Program-made: the position numbers and the translations under genes
Origin: Octopus vulgaris
Lineage: Eukaryota
Reading direction: 5' to 3'
Assembly (NCBI GenBank): GCA_951406725.2
Contig: OX597820.1
Span: forward strand, 53,630,001-53,694,000
Length of the DNA: 64,000 bases
Notes under the pieces: generated by a model
The model's database searches: none
Told to the model about the DNA's origin: nothing
What the model saw: the letters and a program-made list of their open reading frames with translations, nothing else
Shown here: positions 12,880 through 24,319 of the stretch, one piece after another
How positions within the stretch are numbered: the stretch's first letter is position 1
Layout of the letters: every line of letters starts with the position of its first letter

Positions 12880-13070
12880 CTAAATGAGTAGTACCTGTAT
12901 TTCAGAAGGCCAGCTTTGTCCCATTCTATGTCACGCTGAATCTCCCTGGGAACAACCTTAAAGTACAAATGTCTGCGGATTGTTCAGCTACATTCACGTT
13001 CATTTCACGAGCAGGCTGTTCCATTGATCGGATGAATTGGAACACCCGTCGTCGTAACCGACGGAGTCGC
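12880..13070 (+). mobile_element. SINE-like repeat family D
   Basis: Homologous to 9581-9678; ends CGTCGTCGTAACCGACGGAGTCGC. Confidence 0.6.
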
Positions 13071-13914
13071 TTTCTTTTTACATACACACACACACACATG
13101 TATGTAAATATATGTATTCATGTATGTACGTATGTATGTATGTCTTCTAACTAATCGCTAGTTCTAAACATACGCATTGCTTTCTTTTTCGGCTGCTCCT
13201 AGTTATGTACCGTACAATTTTATGTGTGTGTACATACGTGAATGCTTCCTAATATAGGCGTGTATGTATGTAGAAATAGTTATCAATGTGTAAATATGTT
13301 GGTCTCCGTGTGTTTAGGTTTAGGGCTACACATGTGTATGTTTAGTATGCAAATATGATTTACTGTGACATGTACAAGACACAAGATCGCCAAACATCTA
13401 AAGTACATCCTTATGAGTAGATGTCTAACTGGAAGCATATGTGGGACGGCGGTAAGAAACAAACGGCCCTGCACAGGCCTTTTATATTAAATCTGGTTTC
13501 GTTCGACGCTTGTTGGAATATTATTGTTGTTTTGTACTTCTAGGTCAAGTGACGTTGGTTTGTTTCGGTTGTTGTGTTCTTTTTTTGTTTTGTTTTGTTT
13601 GTTTTTTTATTGTATGTCTTGTTTGCCCTCGTTGTGAATTAATTGCTTTTCATTTTCAGATGTGTAAGATTGCTGTCCATAAAACACACACACACACACA
13701 CACACACATATAGATGTTTTCGAAAACATGATGATGGTTGTGGTTGTTGTTGTTGTTGTTAGTAGTAGTAGTAGTAGTAGTAGATTCATAATTTTTGTTG
13801 TTGGTGTTTGGGGTGGCGGTGATGGATAGTAGTGGTGATGGCCGTCACCATATATGCGCTCCTGCTAATCATAGTAACAGGACAACTACCACAATTGATA
13901 ATAAAAAACGACAA

Positions 13915-13962
13915 TCATGATGACGTTGACAATGATGATGATGAAGACCAAACGACGACAAC

Positions 13963-14003
<41 letters not shown>

Positions 14004-14165
14004 CGATGATGATGATCATCATCATCGTCATGAAGTGCTCAACAACGACGATGATGACGACCGCGATGATGATGATAATGACGATGATGATGATGACAGA
14101 GACTTCGACGACGACGACGGCTACCACGATGATGTGATGATGATGATCATCATCATCATGATGGA
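13915..14165. repeat. Compound (GAT)/(GAC)/(CAT) trinucleotide low-complexity tract
   Basis: Seen directly; it is the source of the poly-Met and poly-Ile pseudo-ORFs. Confidence 0.9.
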
Positions 14166-14282
14166 AATGGTTCGGGATTCTGTTTGCAAACGGGTGTCGC
14201 TGTATATATAATTATCGAAATGCATATACTTAATTACGCTTATTTAAGCGCATACACACTGTATGATCATGTGGTTATATAT

Positions 14283-14440
14283 TGCTCGAAATGAGGAGTA
14301 GACAGACAGTCGACAATTGACGAAGGGTCGCTCTTTATGTTACTTGTCCTGTTTTCCATTTGTTTCTCTCGTTGGCGTGTTGAACTCGTTTGCTTTCGCA
14401 ATTCATGTTGATTACTGTTTGGTGACGTCCTCTACCCATA
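14283..14440 (+). mobile_element. Dispersed repeat, probable Penelope-like pLTR tail
   Basis: Homologous to the reverse complement of 29460-29625 (GCTCGAAATGAG-AGTAGA-AGACAGTCGACAA-TGA ... TTGGTGACGTCCT-TACCCAT). Both copies end next to TA-rich microsatellite. Confidence 0.6.
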
Positions 14441-14462
14441 TACGCATGTGCGTGTATTTATG

Positions 14463-14499
<37 letters not shown>

Positions 14500-14579
14500 C
14501 ATAAATATATATATATATATATGTGGGGGGGAGGTATGCGTGTATGTATATATGTGTGTGTGTGGGAAGGTATATGTAT

Positions 14580-14671
<92 letters not shown>

Positions 14672-14686
14672 CATATATATATATAT

Positions 14687-14984
<298 letters not shown>

Positions 14985-15018
14985 TATTTTTTTTTTTTTT
15001 TATTTATATATAGAAGGA

Positions 15019-15067
15019 GCTTCTACAGGACTAGTACTGTTTCATTCAAGAGAAATCTTCAGGAAGC
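15019..15067 (-). ncRNA. Type I hammerhead ribozyme motif (inverted copy)
   Basis: Minus strand reads GCTTC-CTGAAGA-TTTCTCTTGAAT-GAAA-CAG-TACTAGTC-CTG-TA-GAAGC. Confidence 0.65.
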
Positions 15068-15078
15068 CTGAAGCCTGT

Positions 15079-15125
15079 GCTTCCTGAAGATTTCTTGAAT
15101 GAAACAGTACTAGTCCTGTAGAAGC
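15079..15125 (+). ncRNA. Type I hammerhead ribozyme motif
   Basis: Stem I GCTTC/GAAGC, core CTGAAGA, weak stem II, GAAA, stem III ACAG/CTGT around near-palindromic TACTAGTC, and a GUA cleavage triplet ending at 15120. Confidence 0.65.
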
Positions 15126-15207
15126 TCCTTCTATATAATAAATTAATTTTACTCTGCTATGTATTGAGTACCTTACTTACTGTGGTTAACCCCGAATCAA
15201 CCCGGGA

Positions 15208-15396
<189 letters not shown>

Positions 15397-16399
15397 ACAT
15401 TTCTAAATCTCTCAGATATACATATATTTATATATACGGTTACATGATTATATATATATATACGCTCAAAAACATATCTAATAATATCTGTACAATTAAT
15501 ACAGGCACTATGCATATGTGCGCATGTATGTATGTATACATTCATGTGTGTATGCGTGTTCGTGGGAAGGTATATGTATTCATATACATGTGCGTGTCTG
15601 TATGTATTTGTCTTTGGCATATGTGCGTTTGTTCGTGTGTAAGTAGTTATGTATCACAACATTGTTGACATTGACGATATTCGCGGTGTCGGTTACTGAT
15701 GGCGTGTGTAGAGACGATGGTGGTACAACAATAAATATATCATACGTAGAAAATAAATATTACATACCTCCTGTATATAATTAGTACTTCATTAGTGCTA
15801 AATACCGCAAAACATTTATGAGATTATATATAAAGGATAACCTTGTATCCTCCCTACTACCTCACCCCCAAACCTTTCCATCAGTTCCTTGTTCATTCCC
15901 TTCTCGTTACCTTTACCACCGTCAACAACAGCGGTACCGCCATAAAACAGAATGTCCACCCTTCACCTCTCGTCATATTTTATAATCTTACATACCCAGA
16001 TATCAAACAAAGCCACTTCAGTAAAGCTTAACATCTTGGTCCTAAATATTAATTGGGTCTTAAACACTGTTAAGTGTTGGGCGTGGATGTTTCTAGAGGG
16101 TCATGGGAAAAAAAGAGTGGTGGCGTGATGTGGAAGGGGTTCTGAGCTGGAATGAGGTGGTGGAGGTGGTGGTAGTGGTGGTAGTGGTGTTTGAGATGTA
16201 GGTGTTAGGTTGGTGAAGTGTATATAGGGGTTTAAGAGGAGAGGGTCGGGCAACGCTAAATCATCATCACATCAGAAAAATTCTTGAAATACATAACGGG
16301 ATGGGGGGGGGGGAATGAGTGGGGGGAAAAAGACAAGTAAAAGAAGAATACAAATCTATTTACAACAGTTTTGTTGTTATTGTATTTCTTCTCCTCCGT

Positions 16400-16945
16400 T
16401 GGGGGGGGAGTTGGTGCTGTTGGTGTTGGAGCGACGGCAGCGATGGTGGCGATAGTGGTGATGATGGCAGCGATGGTATTGGTGATGGCGGTGGCGGTGG
16501 CAGTGGCAGTGGGGCGTGTTGTTGAGGGTGGCGATGGTGGTGGTGGTGGTGGTGGTGGTGATGGTGGTAGTGGTGGTACATGTGGTAGTTTTGCCATAGA
16601 TGCTAATAATTTTGTTCAGCGAAAGTGAGAGTGCTGTTGGTAGTGTTGTTGGTCGTGGAGGTCGTGGAGGTCGTTGGTCGTGTTGGTGGTGGTGCTGCTG
16701 CGGTGGTTGCTGTTGTTGTTGATGTTGGCGTTGTTCTTGTTCTTGCTACTGTTGCTGCTGCAGTTGTTGTTGTTGTTACTGGTGGTGGTGATGGTAATTG
16801 TGGTGGTTGTGGTGGTTGTGGTGGTTGTGAAGGCGGCGGTGATGGGGTGACGGTGGTGACGGTAACGTCAGCGGCGGTGATGTCGGCGGCGGTGGGGGCG
16901 GTGACGGTGGCGGCGGTGACGGTGGTGGCGGTGACGGCGTCGGTG
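16400..16945. repeat. GC-rich (GGT)/(GTT)/(GGC) low-complexity region
   Basis: Degenerate trinucleotide repeats that generate Pro/Thr/His-rich pseudo-ORFs. Confidence 0.85.
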
Positions 16946-16946
16946 G

Positions 16947-17126
16947 TGACGTCGGTGGCGGTGACGTCGGCGGCGCTGACGTCGGCGGCGCTGACGTCGG
17001 CGGCGTTGACGTCGGCGGCGTTGACGTCGGCGACGTTGACGTCGGCGGCGTTGACGTCGGCGGCGTTGACGTCGGCGGCGTTGACGTCGGCGGCGTTGAC
17101 GTCGGCGGCGCTGACGTCGGCAGCAG
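16947..17126. repeat. 15-bp CpG-rich minisatellite (TGACGTCGGCGGCGY) x12
   Basis: TGACGTCGG recurs every 15 bp from 16947 to 17112. Confidence 0.95.
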
Positions 17127-17288
17127 TGACGGCGGCGGCGGCGGTGTCATCGATGGCGGCTGCGGCGAAGCTCTTAATGTCAGTGTCGCTGTTATTGTCG
17201 TTATTGTCGTTGTTCCTAATCGGACCCGATCCAACTGTCATCGGACCCGCTGTCAAGCAAATAGACCTTCCAGCAGGGACCACCTAAG

Positions 17289-17557
17289 GTGTAGGTTCTC
17301 AACCCTCTTCTTTTTTTTTAACCTATGGGCTCCTTTGATTTTGATTTTACTTGGATGGACCCTCGTAACCATTCAATATTTTAAAATATCCCATTGTATT
17401 TTTATAAATAATTATCTTTAGGAATTTTATGAAAATGAAATTATTAAAACATTTTCTTTATTGTAGAAGTATAATGAATTTATTGGAGACAGCTTTTAAC
17501 AACAAAATCTTATATGGACTCGCAAGGGCCATGCAGACCCCGGTTGAAAACCATGTG
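17289..17557. mobile_element. Degenerate hAT-type MITE
   Basis: Terminal inverted motifs GGTTCTCAACC ... GGTTGAAAACC resemble hAT/Charlie CAGTGGTTCTCAACC ends. AT-rich core. TSD not resolved. Confidence 0.5.
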
Positions 17558-18195
17558 TGAGCTTTCAGACATAAAGTGACAAGGCACATATAATCTCGGG
17601 AAACCCACCATCTTGTATCTTTAAGAGGGAAATCATAAAACGAAGGAGATTTAGTTGATGTTTCTAGCAAATAGAGCAACCAGTTCCGTAGCCTTCTAAG
17701 CTCCGATATACGGAGCTTTTAACTGGTAGCACTTGCATGTGCAAGTTGTTTGCAAGACGACTTCTGGCTGTGGTCAAAGACTTCCAAAAAATGCAATCTA
17801 CCCATGACCAACACAACTTTATAAGAATACTTCGCAATCCATTGAGTAATGTGTACTTCGCTTACATCAGGCAATCGGCTGATGTTTGATAGAGATTTAG
17901 GTAGTGGTGGTGGTGGTGGTAGCTTTGATGCTTGTGGAGGTGGCTATAATATTGGTGATGATGATGATGGTGATGGTTATGGTAGTAGTTGTGTTCTTGG
18001 GGGTGTTGGTGTTTGTGGTATTGTTAATAGTGATGGTTGTTGTTGCGGTGGTGGCTATGTGTTGGCTATGATGGTGGTGGTGGTGGTCGTCGTCGTGGTG
18101 ATATTCATAATGATCGTGTCGTATTCGTGTTCGTAGTAGTAGTGGCAGTAGTACTGGTAGTAGTAGGCATATCAAGTATTAAGGGTAATGATCAC

Positions 18196-18288
<93 letters not shown>
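18196..18288. repeat. (AGT)n microsatellite
   Basis: Pure trinucleotide tract. Confidence 0.95.
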
Positions 18289-18289
<1 letters not shown>

Positions 18290-18918
18290 CAACAGCGGCG
18301 GCAACGTCGGCGACCAAGGCGGCGGCGAAAGAGGCGGCGGCGACAAAGGCGGTGATGGTGGTGGTGGTGGTGGTGTTGCTGCTGCTGCTGCTAGTGCTGA
18401 TGGTTCTTACATTGCAGAAGATGAAGGTAAAAGGTGGGTGGTAGTGACAGAGTAATAGCGATATATAATAGCCCTTTGGTTATGGACGTACTTGTAAATA
18501 TTGATGTGACTATAAAGTAAAGGGGTTGTAAATTAGCCGGTGTCCTTTTGTCTGTGTGTAACATACTCTGAATGACAGACAGCACATACTTGTATAGCAA
18601 TAAAGATAGTGTCTAGGTGTGTGGAGGGTGATATGAGGGCAGTTATTCGTATGACCTTGTCTGTTCGTACCTTTTGCAAGACATGGCTAACATCTGTGTC
18701 GTTAAGCAACACTTTCTCGGAGTAATCCCCGTGTGCATTGCAGTGATTGTATGTAGATCATCGGTGTGTATATCTGCCAACAGACACGCATATACACAAA
18801 CTGTCTCAATCAAACACACCCACACACACATATTCACACTCGCACACGGATACACACAAACGGTCGTAAAGACACATGCAAACATATAAACGTAAATAAA
18901 CAGGTAGATATTTTTTTA

Positions 18919-19035
18919 TTCTCTTACTTGTTTCAGTCATTTGACTGCGGCCATAATGGGACACCGCTTTGAAGGGCTTTAGTCGAACAAACCGACCCCA
19001 GGACTTATTTAAAGCCTAGTTCTTACTATATCGAT
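18919..19035 (-). mobile_element. SINE family A, 3' fragment
   Basis: TTACTTGTTTCAGTCATTTGACTGCGGCCAT... is the reverse complement of the family A tail. Confidence 0.8.
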
Positions 19036-19134
19036 ATTTTCATGTCCCTGTAACCAGCAATAACCCTGTATCGGTTACAGGGTTAATATCGTTCAATTTG
19101 CAGCTCCTCAAAGCGAATGGACTGGTTCTTTTAA

Positions 19135-19385
19135 GAGGAATCGCGGATTCGAATCTCAGACCGGGCGATGTGTGTGTTTATGAGCGGAACACCTAAGCTC
19201 CACGCGGCTCCAACAGAAGGTAAAGGCGAACTTCTGCTGACTCTCTCGCCACAACTTTCTCTCACTCTTTTCTCCTGCATTTTGCAGCTCACCTGCGATG
19301 GACCGGTGTCCCGTTCGGGTGGGGAACCAATACGCCAAGAAAACCTGCCCTTATGAGCCAGGCATGGCTCGAGAAGGAACAAACA
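19135..19385 (+). mobile_element. tRNA-derived SINE with a Meta/V-like central domain (5'-truncated)
   Basis: B-box GGATTCGAATCTC. CCTGCGATGGACCGGTGTCCCGTTC-GGG and ATGAGCCA..TGGCTCG resemble the MetaSINE conserved domain (recalled similarity, not searched). Confidence 0.55.
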
Positions 19386-20334
19386 TTACTAATAGCAATT
19401 CACCATACGTAGGAATAAAGGAAAAAATGAGCTCATTACTAATCTTGATATAACGACCTGCCTGAATGCGTCCACGTGTCATCTCAGACACGTTCATGCC
19501 ATGTACAATAGACAGTCTAGTTAAAAGACATACCGCGGGGGTAGGGAGGATGTAGCATAAACCCGCGCTTTAAAGCAATTTTATGCAATTTTTGGGGTGG
19601 GGTGAAATTACCCTTATGATTAAAAGTTATGATCAATAATTTTTGATTTAAATCAGGCCAGGTTTATTAGCTATCCTGTGATAAGGGTTTTTAATTTTCC
19701 CTAACTGATATTTCTCGCAAAAAAAGTTGCAGTTTGTAAATATGTACAAATTATCTTGAATAAACTGTTCAAACATACGCAAACAATAGAAAAAAAATCA
19801 TCCGTTTATTATCTCCCCTTGTTCAGACCGGTCGACGTAACAGAGCCTCTTTTAGTAGAAGCTATCGCAGTGTTCATGAGTTATTTCATCGAACTTTTCA
19901 GATATCAATTGGTAAAGCTCCGGCTCGTTCTTTGCCTCGCCTTGGATAACCGAGCGTTTCCAAACAATATTTTAACAGAAAAAGTGACTTCATAAAACGG
20001 TTATAAAGAGCAAAGAGCTTACTATTCGAGTTTATCCAACTCACGTTTGTTGTCCCAAACTCGGGGTTAGATCGAATTTCGAGTAACAGTGGGATCTACT
20101 GGATGAGTTAGATAAGATAGACATGTATTCCCTTACGGCTGATGTAGTTTAACTCTTTTTTTTCTCAAGGCTTAAGCACCAATTGAAAAATCCAAATTTG
20201 ATTGCAAAGAATTCAAATTTGATAGCAAATAATCCAAACTAGATCGAAAACATCTATATATATATATATATATACGTGTGTATGTGTGTGTATTTACATA
20301 CACCGGGATTGTTTCAATTTTCGTGAAACAAAGC

Positions 20335-20440
20335 CACTCACAAGCTACAGCAGAAGACACTCGCCGAAGGTGCCGCGCAGTGGGTCTGAACCCGGAACCA
20401 TGTGATAGAGAAGCAAGCTTCTTAGCACACAGTCACGCTA
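20335..20440 (-). mobile_element. SINE family A, head fragment
   Basis: GAAGACACTCGCCGAAGGTGCCGCGCAGTGGGTCTGAACCCGGAACCATGTG is the reverse complement of the head. Confidence 0.75.
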
Positions 20441-20503
20441 AAGCATGTGTATATATATATATATATATATATACACAAATATATATCTATATATGTATGT
20501 ATG

Positions 20504-20534
<31 letters not shown>

Positions 20535-20910
20535 TTATACATGCATATATATATATAAGTGTGTGTGTATATATATACATACATATATATATATGTGTGT
20601 GTGTATAAATATATATATTATGTATGTATGTATGTATGTATGTATGTATGTATGTATGCACACACATAAGGGTGTTTTGAGCAACTTCTTTACATATATA
20701 TTTCTTATGACAGCGAAGTATTCAATAATGCTTGCGCTCGCCTCATACATACTTACACACACACGCATACTCACAAACGCGCACGCAGAGACACACGCAC
20801 ACACAAACACATACACACACAAACATATACAGAGACGGAGTGAGATGGAGAGAAAGTGGATGTGTATAGTTAAGAGGGACGTCTTTTATGTTAGCATATA
20901 TGCAAATTTT

Positions 20911-21120
20911 AGGGCGGTGTGCTGGCTAAATTTTACCGCGCCGGACCAAATGCTTCGAGGCACTTAGTCCGTCTTTGTTTTGTGTTCAAATTCAAGGTCA
21001 CCTTTACCTTTCACTTTTTCGGGCTCGATAAGATACGTGCAAGTTGAGAACTAGGGTGGAAGTATTCGACTTTCCCCTTCCTCGAAAATGGTGCCCTTGT
21101 GCCAAAAATGGAAACCGACA
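20911..21120 (+). mobile_element. SINE family B (B2-type tail), old copy
   Basis: Diverged AGGGCGGTGTGCTGGC head, GTTCAAATTC B-box and CCCTTGTGCCAAAA tail. Confidence 0.6.
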
Positions 21121-21136
21121 TGTTAACATATAGATT

Positions 21137-21918
21137 AAGGCGGCGAGCTGGCAGAAACGTTAGCACGCCGGGCGAAATGCTTAGCGGTATTTCGTCTGCG
21201 TTACGTTGTGAGTTCAAATTCCGCCGAGGTCGACTTTGCCTTTCATCCTTTCGGGGTCGATAAATTAAGTACCAGTTACGCACTGGGGTCGATATAATCG
21301 ACTTAATACCTATGTCTGTCCTTGTTTGTCCCCTCTGTATTTAGCCCCTTGTGGGTAATAAAGAAATAGGTATTTCGTCTGCGTTACGTTGTGAGTTCAA
21401 ATTCCGCCGAGGTCGACTTCGCCTTTCATCCTTTCGAGGTCGATAAATTAAGTACCAGTTACGCACTGGGGTCGATGTAATCGACTTAATACCTATGTCT
21501 GTCCTTGTTTGTCGGCTCTGTGTTTAGCCCCTTGTGGGTAATAAAGAAATAGGTATTTCGTCTGCGTTACGTTGTGAGTTCAAATTCCGCCGAGGTCGAC
21601 TTTGCCTTTCATCCTTTCGGGGTCGATAAATTAAGTACCAGTTACGCACTGGGGTCGATGTAATCGACTTAATACCTATGTCTGTCCTTGTTTGTCCCCT
21701 CTGTGTTTAGCCTCTTGTGGGTAGTAAAGAAATAGGTATTTCGTCTGCAGCTACGTTCTGATTTCAAATTCCACCGAGCTCGACTTTGCCTTACATCCTT
21801 TCGGGGTCGATAAATTCAGTATCAGTTACGCACTGGGGTCAATATAATCGACTTAATCCATTTGTCTATCCTCGTTTGTCCCCTCTATGTTTAGCCCTTT
21901 GTGGGCAATAAAGAAATA
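21137..21918 (+). mobile_element. SINE family B tetramer (one head plus four tandem 183-bp units)
   Basis: Head AAGGCGGCGAGCTGGCAGAAACGTTAGC. Units start at GGTATTTCG at 21186, 21369, 21552 and 21735. B-box GAGTTCAAATTCC. Central GCCTTTCATCCTTTCGGGGTCGATAAATTAAGTACC is Deu/Nin-domain-like (inference). Confidence 0.92.
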
Positions 21919-22352
21919 AGAATCGTTAAAATGCCGTGAAATATGCTTAACGGTAGTTTCTTCGACTTTATGTTATGAGTTCAAACTGCCGCCGGGATTA
22001 CTTTTGTCTTTCATCCTTTTGGGGTCAGTAAAATAAGTACCAATTGAGCACTGAAGTTCAATGTAATGGTCTAACCCCTTCCTCAGAATTGCTGGTTTTC
22101 TGCCAAGCTATGAAAGCAAGACATATATATTTTGAAAACCACGTGGGGATATTATTAAATATGTTGGTTTCAAATTTAGGCACAAGGCTAGCAATTTTGG
22201 GTGAGTGTTTAGGCGATTACTTCGAGCCCGGTTTGAAATTGGTACTCATTGTATTGACTCCGAAGGGATGAAAGGCAAAGTGAACCTCGTCGGAATTTGA
22301 ACTCAGAACCTAAGGACATAAATGCCGCTATGCATTTTGCCTGGTGTGCTAA
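21919..22352. mobile_element. Two old family B (B2-tail) SINE copies, tail to tail
   Basis: The + copy at 21919-22120 and the - copy at 22165-22352 both carry diverged GAGTTCAAA and TTTCATCC motifs. Confidence 0.65.
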
Positions 22353-22555
22353 AAGAAATTTCGAAATATTGAAAAGTCATTGAACCCCAGAAGAGTGAAA
22401 ATTAGTCCAATTTCGTGCGATTTCCGATCACGCGGTAATGCGTTGTCACTAATTATCGCGAAGCTTTTCGTCTGATATCATAACGAACCTTGTAATCCAC
22501 CATACTAACACAGGAAAACATAATAAAATACAAATAAAATTTATATTTTAAGAGA

Positions 22556-22599
<44 letters not shown>

Positions 22600-22625
22600 T
22601 GCATTTATATATATATATATATATA

Positions 22626-22877
22626 TATATTATGTGTGTGTATGATAGTTATACACTGAGGGAAAGCCATTAAGTGGTTTTCCATCACGCTAGAAATGGA
22701 AGTTAAATCCCAAACCATGAAAACCTATTCTTAGTTTGGCACATTAAGTAAGAATAGCTTTTCGTTGTTTGGGATTTAACTCACATTTCTAGCGTAAAGG
22801 AAAACCACTTAGTGGCTTTCCCTCAGTATATAACTCTTATACACACATATAATATACACACCACTCCCTCTTTTGCT
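22626..22877. mobile_element. Older fold-back insertion in (TA)n with an imperfect ~108-bp inverted repeat
   Basis: 22626-22733 pairs with 22749-22856 across a 15-nt spacer, with scattered mismatches. Flanked by (TA)n. Confidence 0.75.
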
Positions 22878-22929
22878 ATATATATATATATATATATATC
22901 CTTTATATATTACTTATCAAATTCATTAC

Positions 22930-23298
22930 ACCGTGGCCATGTTGGGGCACCGCCTTCAAGAACTGTTTGACGAATGAATTGTCAACAGTACCTTTTTGGG
23001 TGTTTTTAAAACTGGTATTTGTTTTATCGGCTTCTTTTGTTGAACTGCTAAGTTATGTGAACGTAGACACTCCGACATCGGTTGTCAAGCCGCTGTACAA
23101 ACACAGCACAAAGGCATACAAACATCGATATATATACGATGGCCTTCTTTCAGTTTCCGTCAACCAAATCCACTCAATAGTGTTTAGTCGGCCCGAGGCT
23201 ATGTAGAAGATACTTGTACTTGGTGCCACGCAGTGGGACTGAACCCGGAACCATATATTTTGGAAGCCAACTTCTTACCACACAGCCATAATTGTGCC
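22930..23298 (-). mobile_element. SINE family A
   Basis: Reverse-complement match from the tail (GGCCATGTTGGGGCACCGCC) to the head (GTGGGACTGAACCCGGAACC...CCACACAGCCA). Confidence 0.85.
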
Positions 23299-23301
23299 TA
23301 C

Positions 23302-23338
<37 letters not shown>

Positions 23339-23340
23339 TC

Positions 23341-23397
23341 CTTAAATCCTTAAAAATGTTTTAGCCCGAAGGCCGCGGCCATGCTGGGCACCATCGC
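23341..23397 (-). mobile_element. Extremely truncated CR1-like LINE 3' end
   Basis: Minus strand GGTGCCCAGCATGGCCGCGGCCTTCGGGCTAAAACATTTTTAAGGATTTAAGG has the same tail motif as the LINE end at about 40370 and SINE A. Confidence 0.5.
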
Positions 23398-23523
<126 letters not shown>

Positions 23524-23934
23524 TTGTATGTATGTTTATATGTATGTATTTATGTACATATGTGAGCGTATTCATTTTCTTCACTGAAAGGGGAGATAAG
23601 AAGTATTCAATATTCACTTTCAAAAGCTTAATACAACTTAGTAAGCATGGTGCTGATTGTGGTGGTGCTGATGGTGGTGGTGGAGAGGAGTAATGATGAT
23701 GGTGATTGTTTTGGTGATTGTTTTGATGTTGAACTTTGTTCAGTGTTGATTATGAGGATAAATGATGATGGTGATCCTAAAGCTTGTGTCCATGTTACTT
23801 GAAACTGAAGATTCATTCCACCGTTGCACTGTGTTTTCTTATACACCCTGTATTTCAAGATACATAAATTCATCGACACGCACGCACACACACACACACA
23901 CAGTCACACAGACAAACATACACACAAACACACG

Positions 23935-23967
<33 letters not shown>

Positions 23968-24235
23968 ATGCATATATATATGTATGTGTGTGTGTTTGTG
24001 TATGTGTGCGTGTGTGTTTGCGTGTGTATGTATATATGTTATATATGTGTATATATATATATAAAGCGTATATATTTTGTAGAATAACGTATATAAATAT
24101 ATATATATATATTAAGTAAAGAAATATATATATGTCATAGACGCAGGCGCGCGTGAACACATGTGTAGGGATTCCCTCCCTCGTCGCACTGAGTCTTCGC
24201 TATGTGCGTTCCTTTAAAGAGAAAAAAACATAACA

Positions 24236-24319
<84 letters not shown>

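Noticed and set aside
16603-17287. 226-aa and 220-aa ORFs with pentapeptide repeats (antifreeze- or mucin-like)
   Set aside because: Frames are open on both strands simply because the GC-rich triplet and 15-mer repeats lack stops. No splice or domain evidence.
21186-21918. Regular tandem array that might suggest a CRISPR array or satellite
   Set aside because: The units are 183-bp SINE bodies with no unique spacers, there are no cas genes, and the context is eukaryotic.
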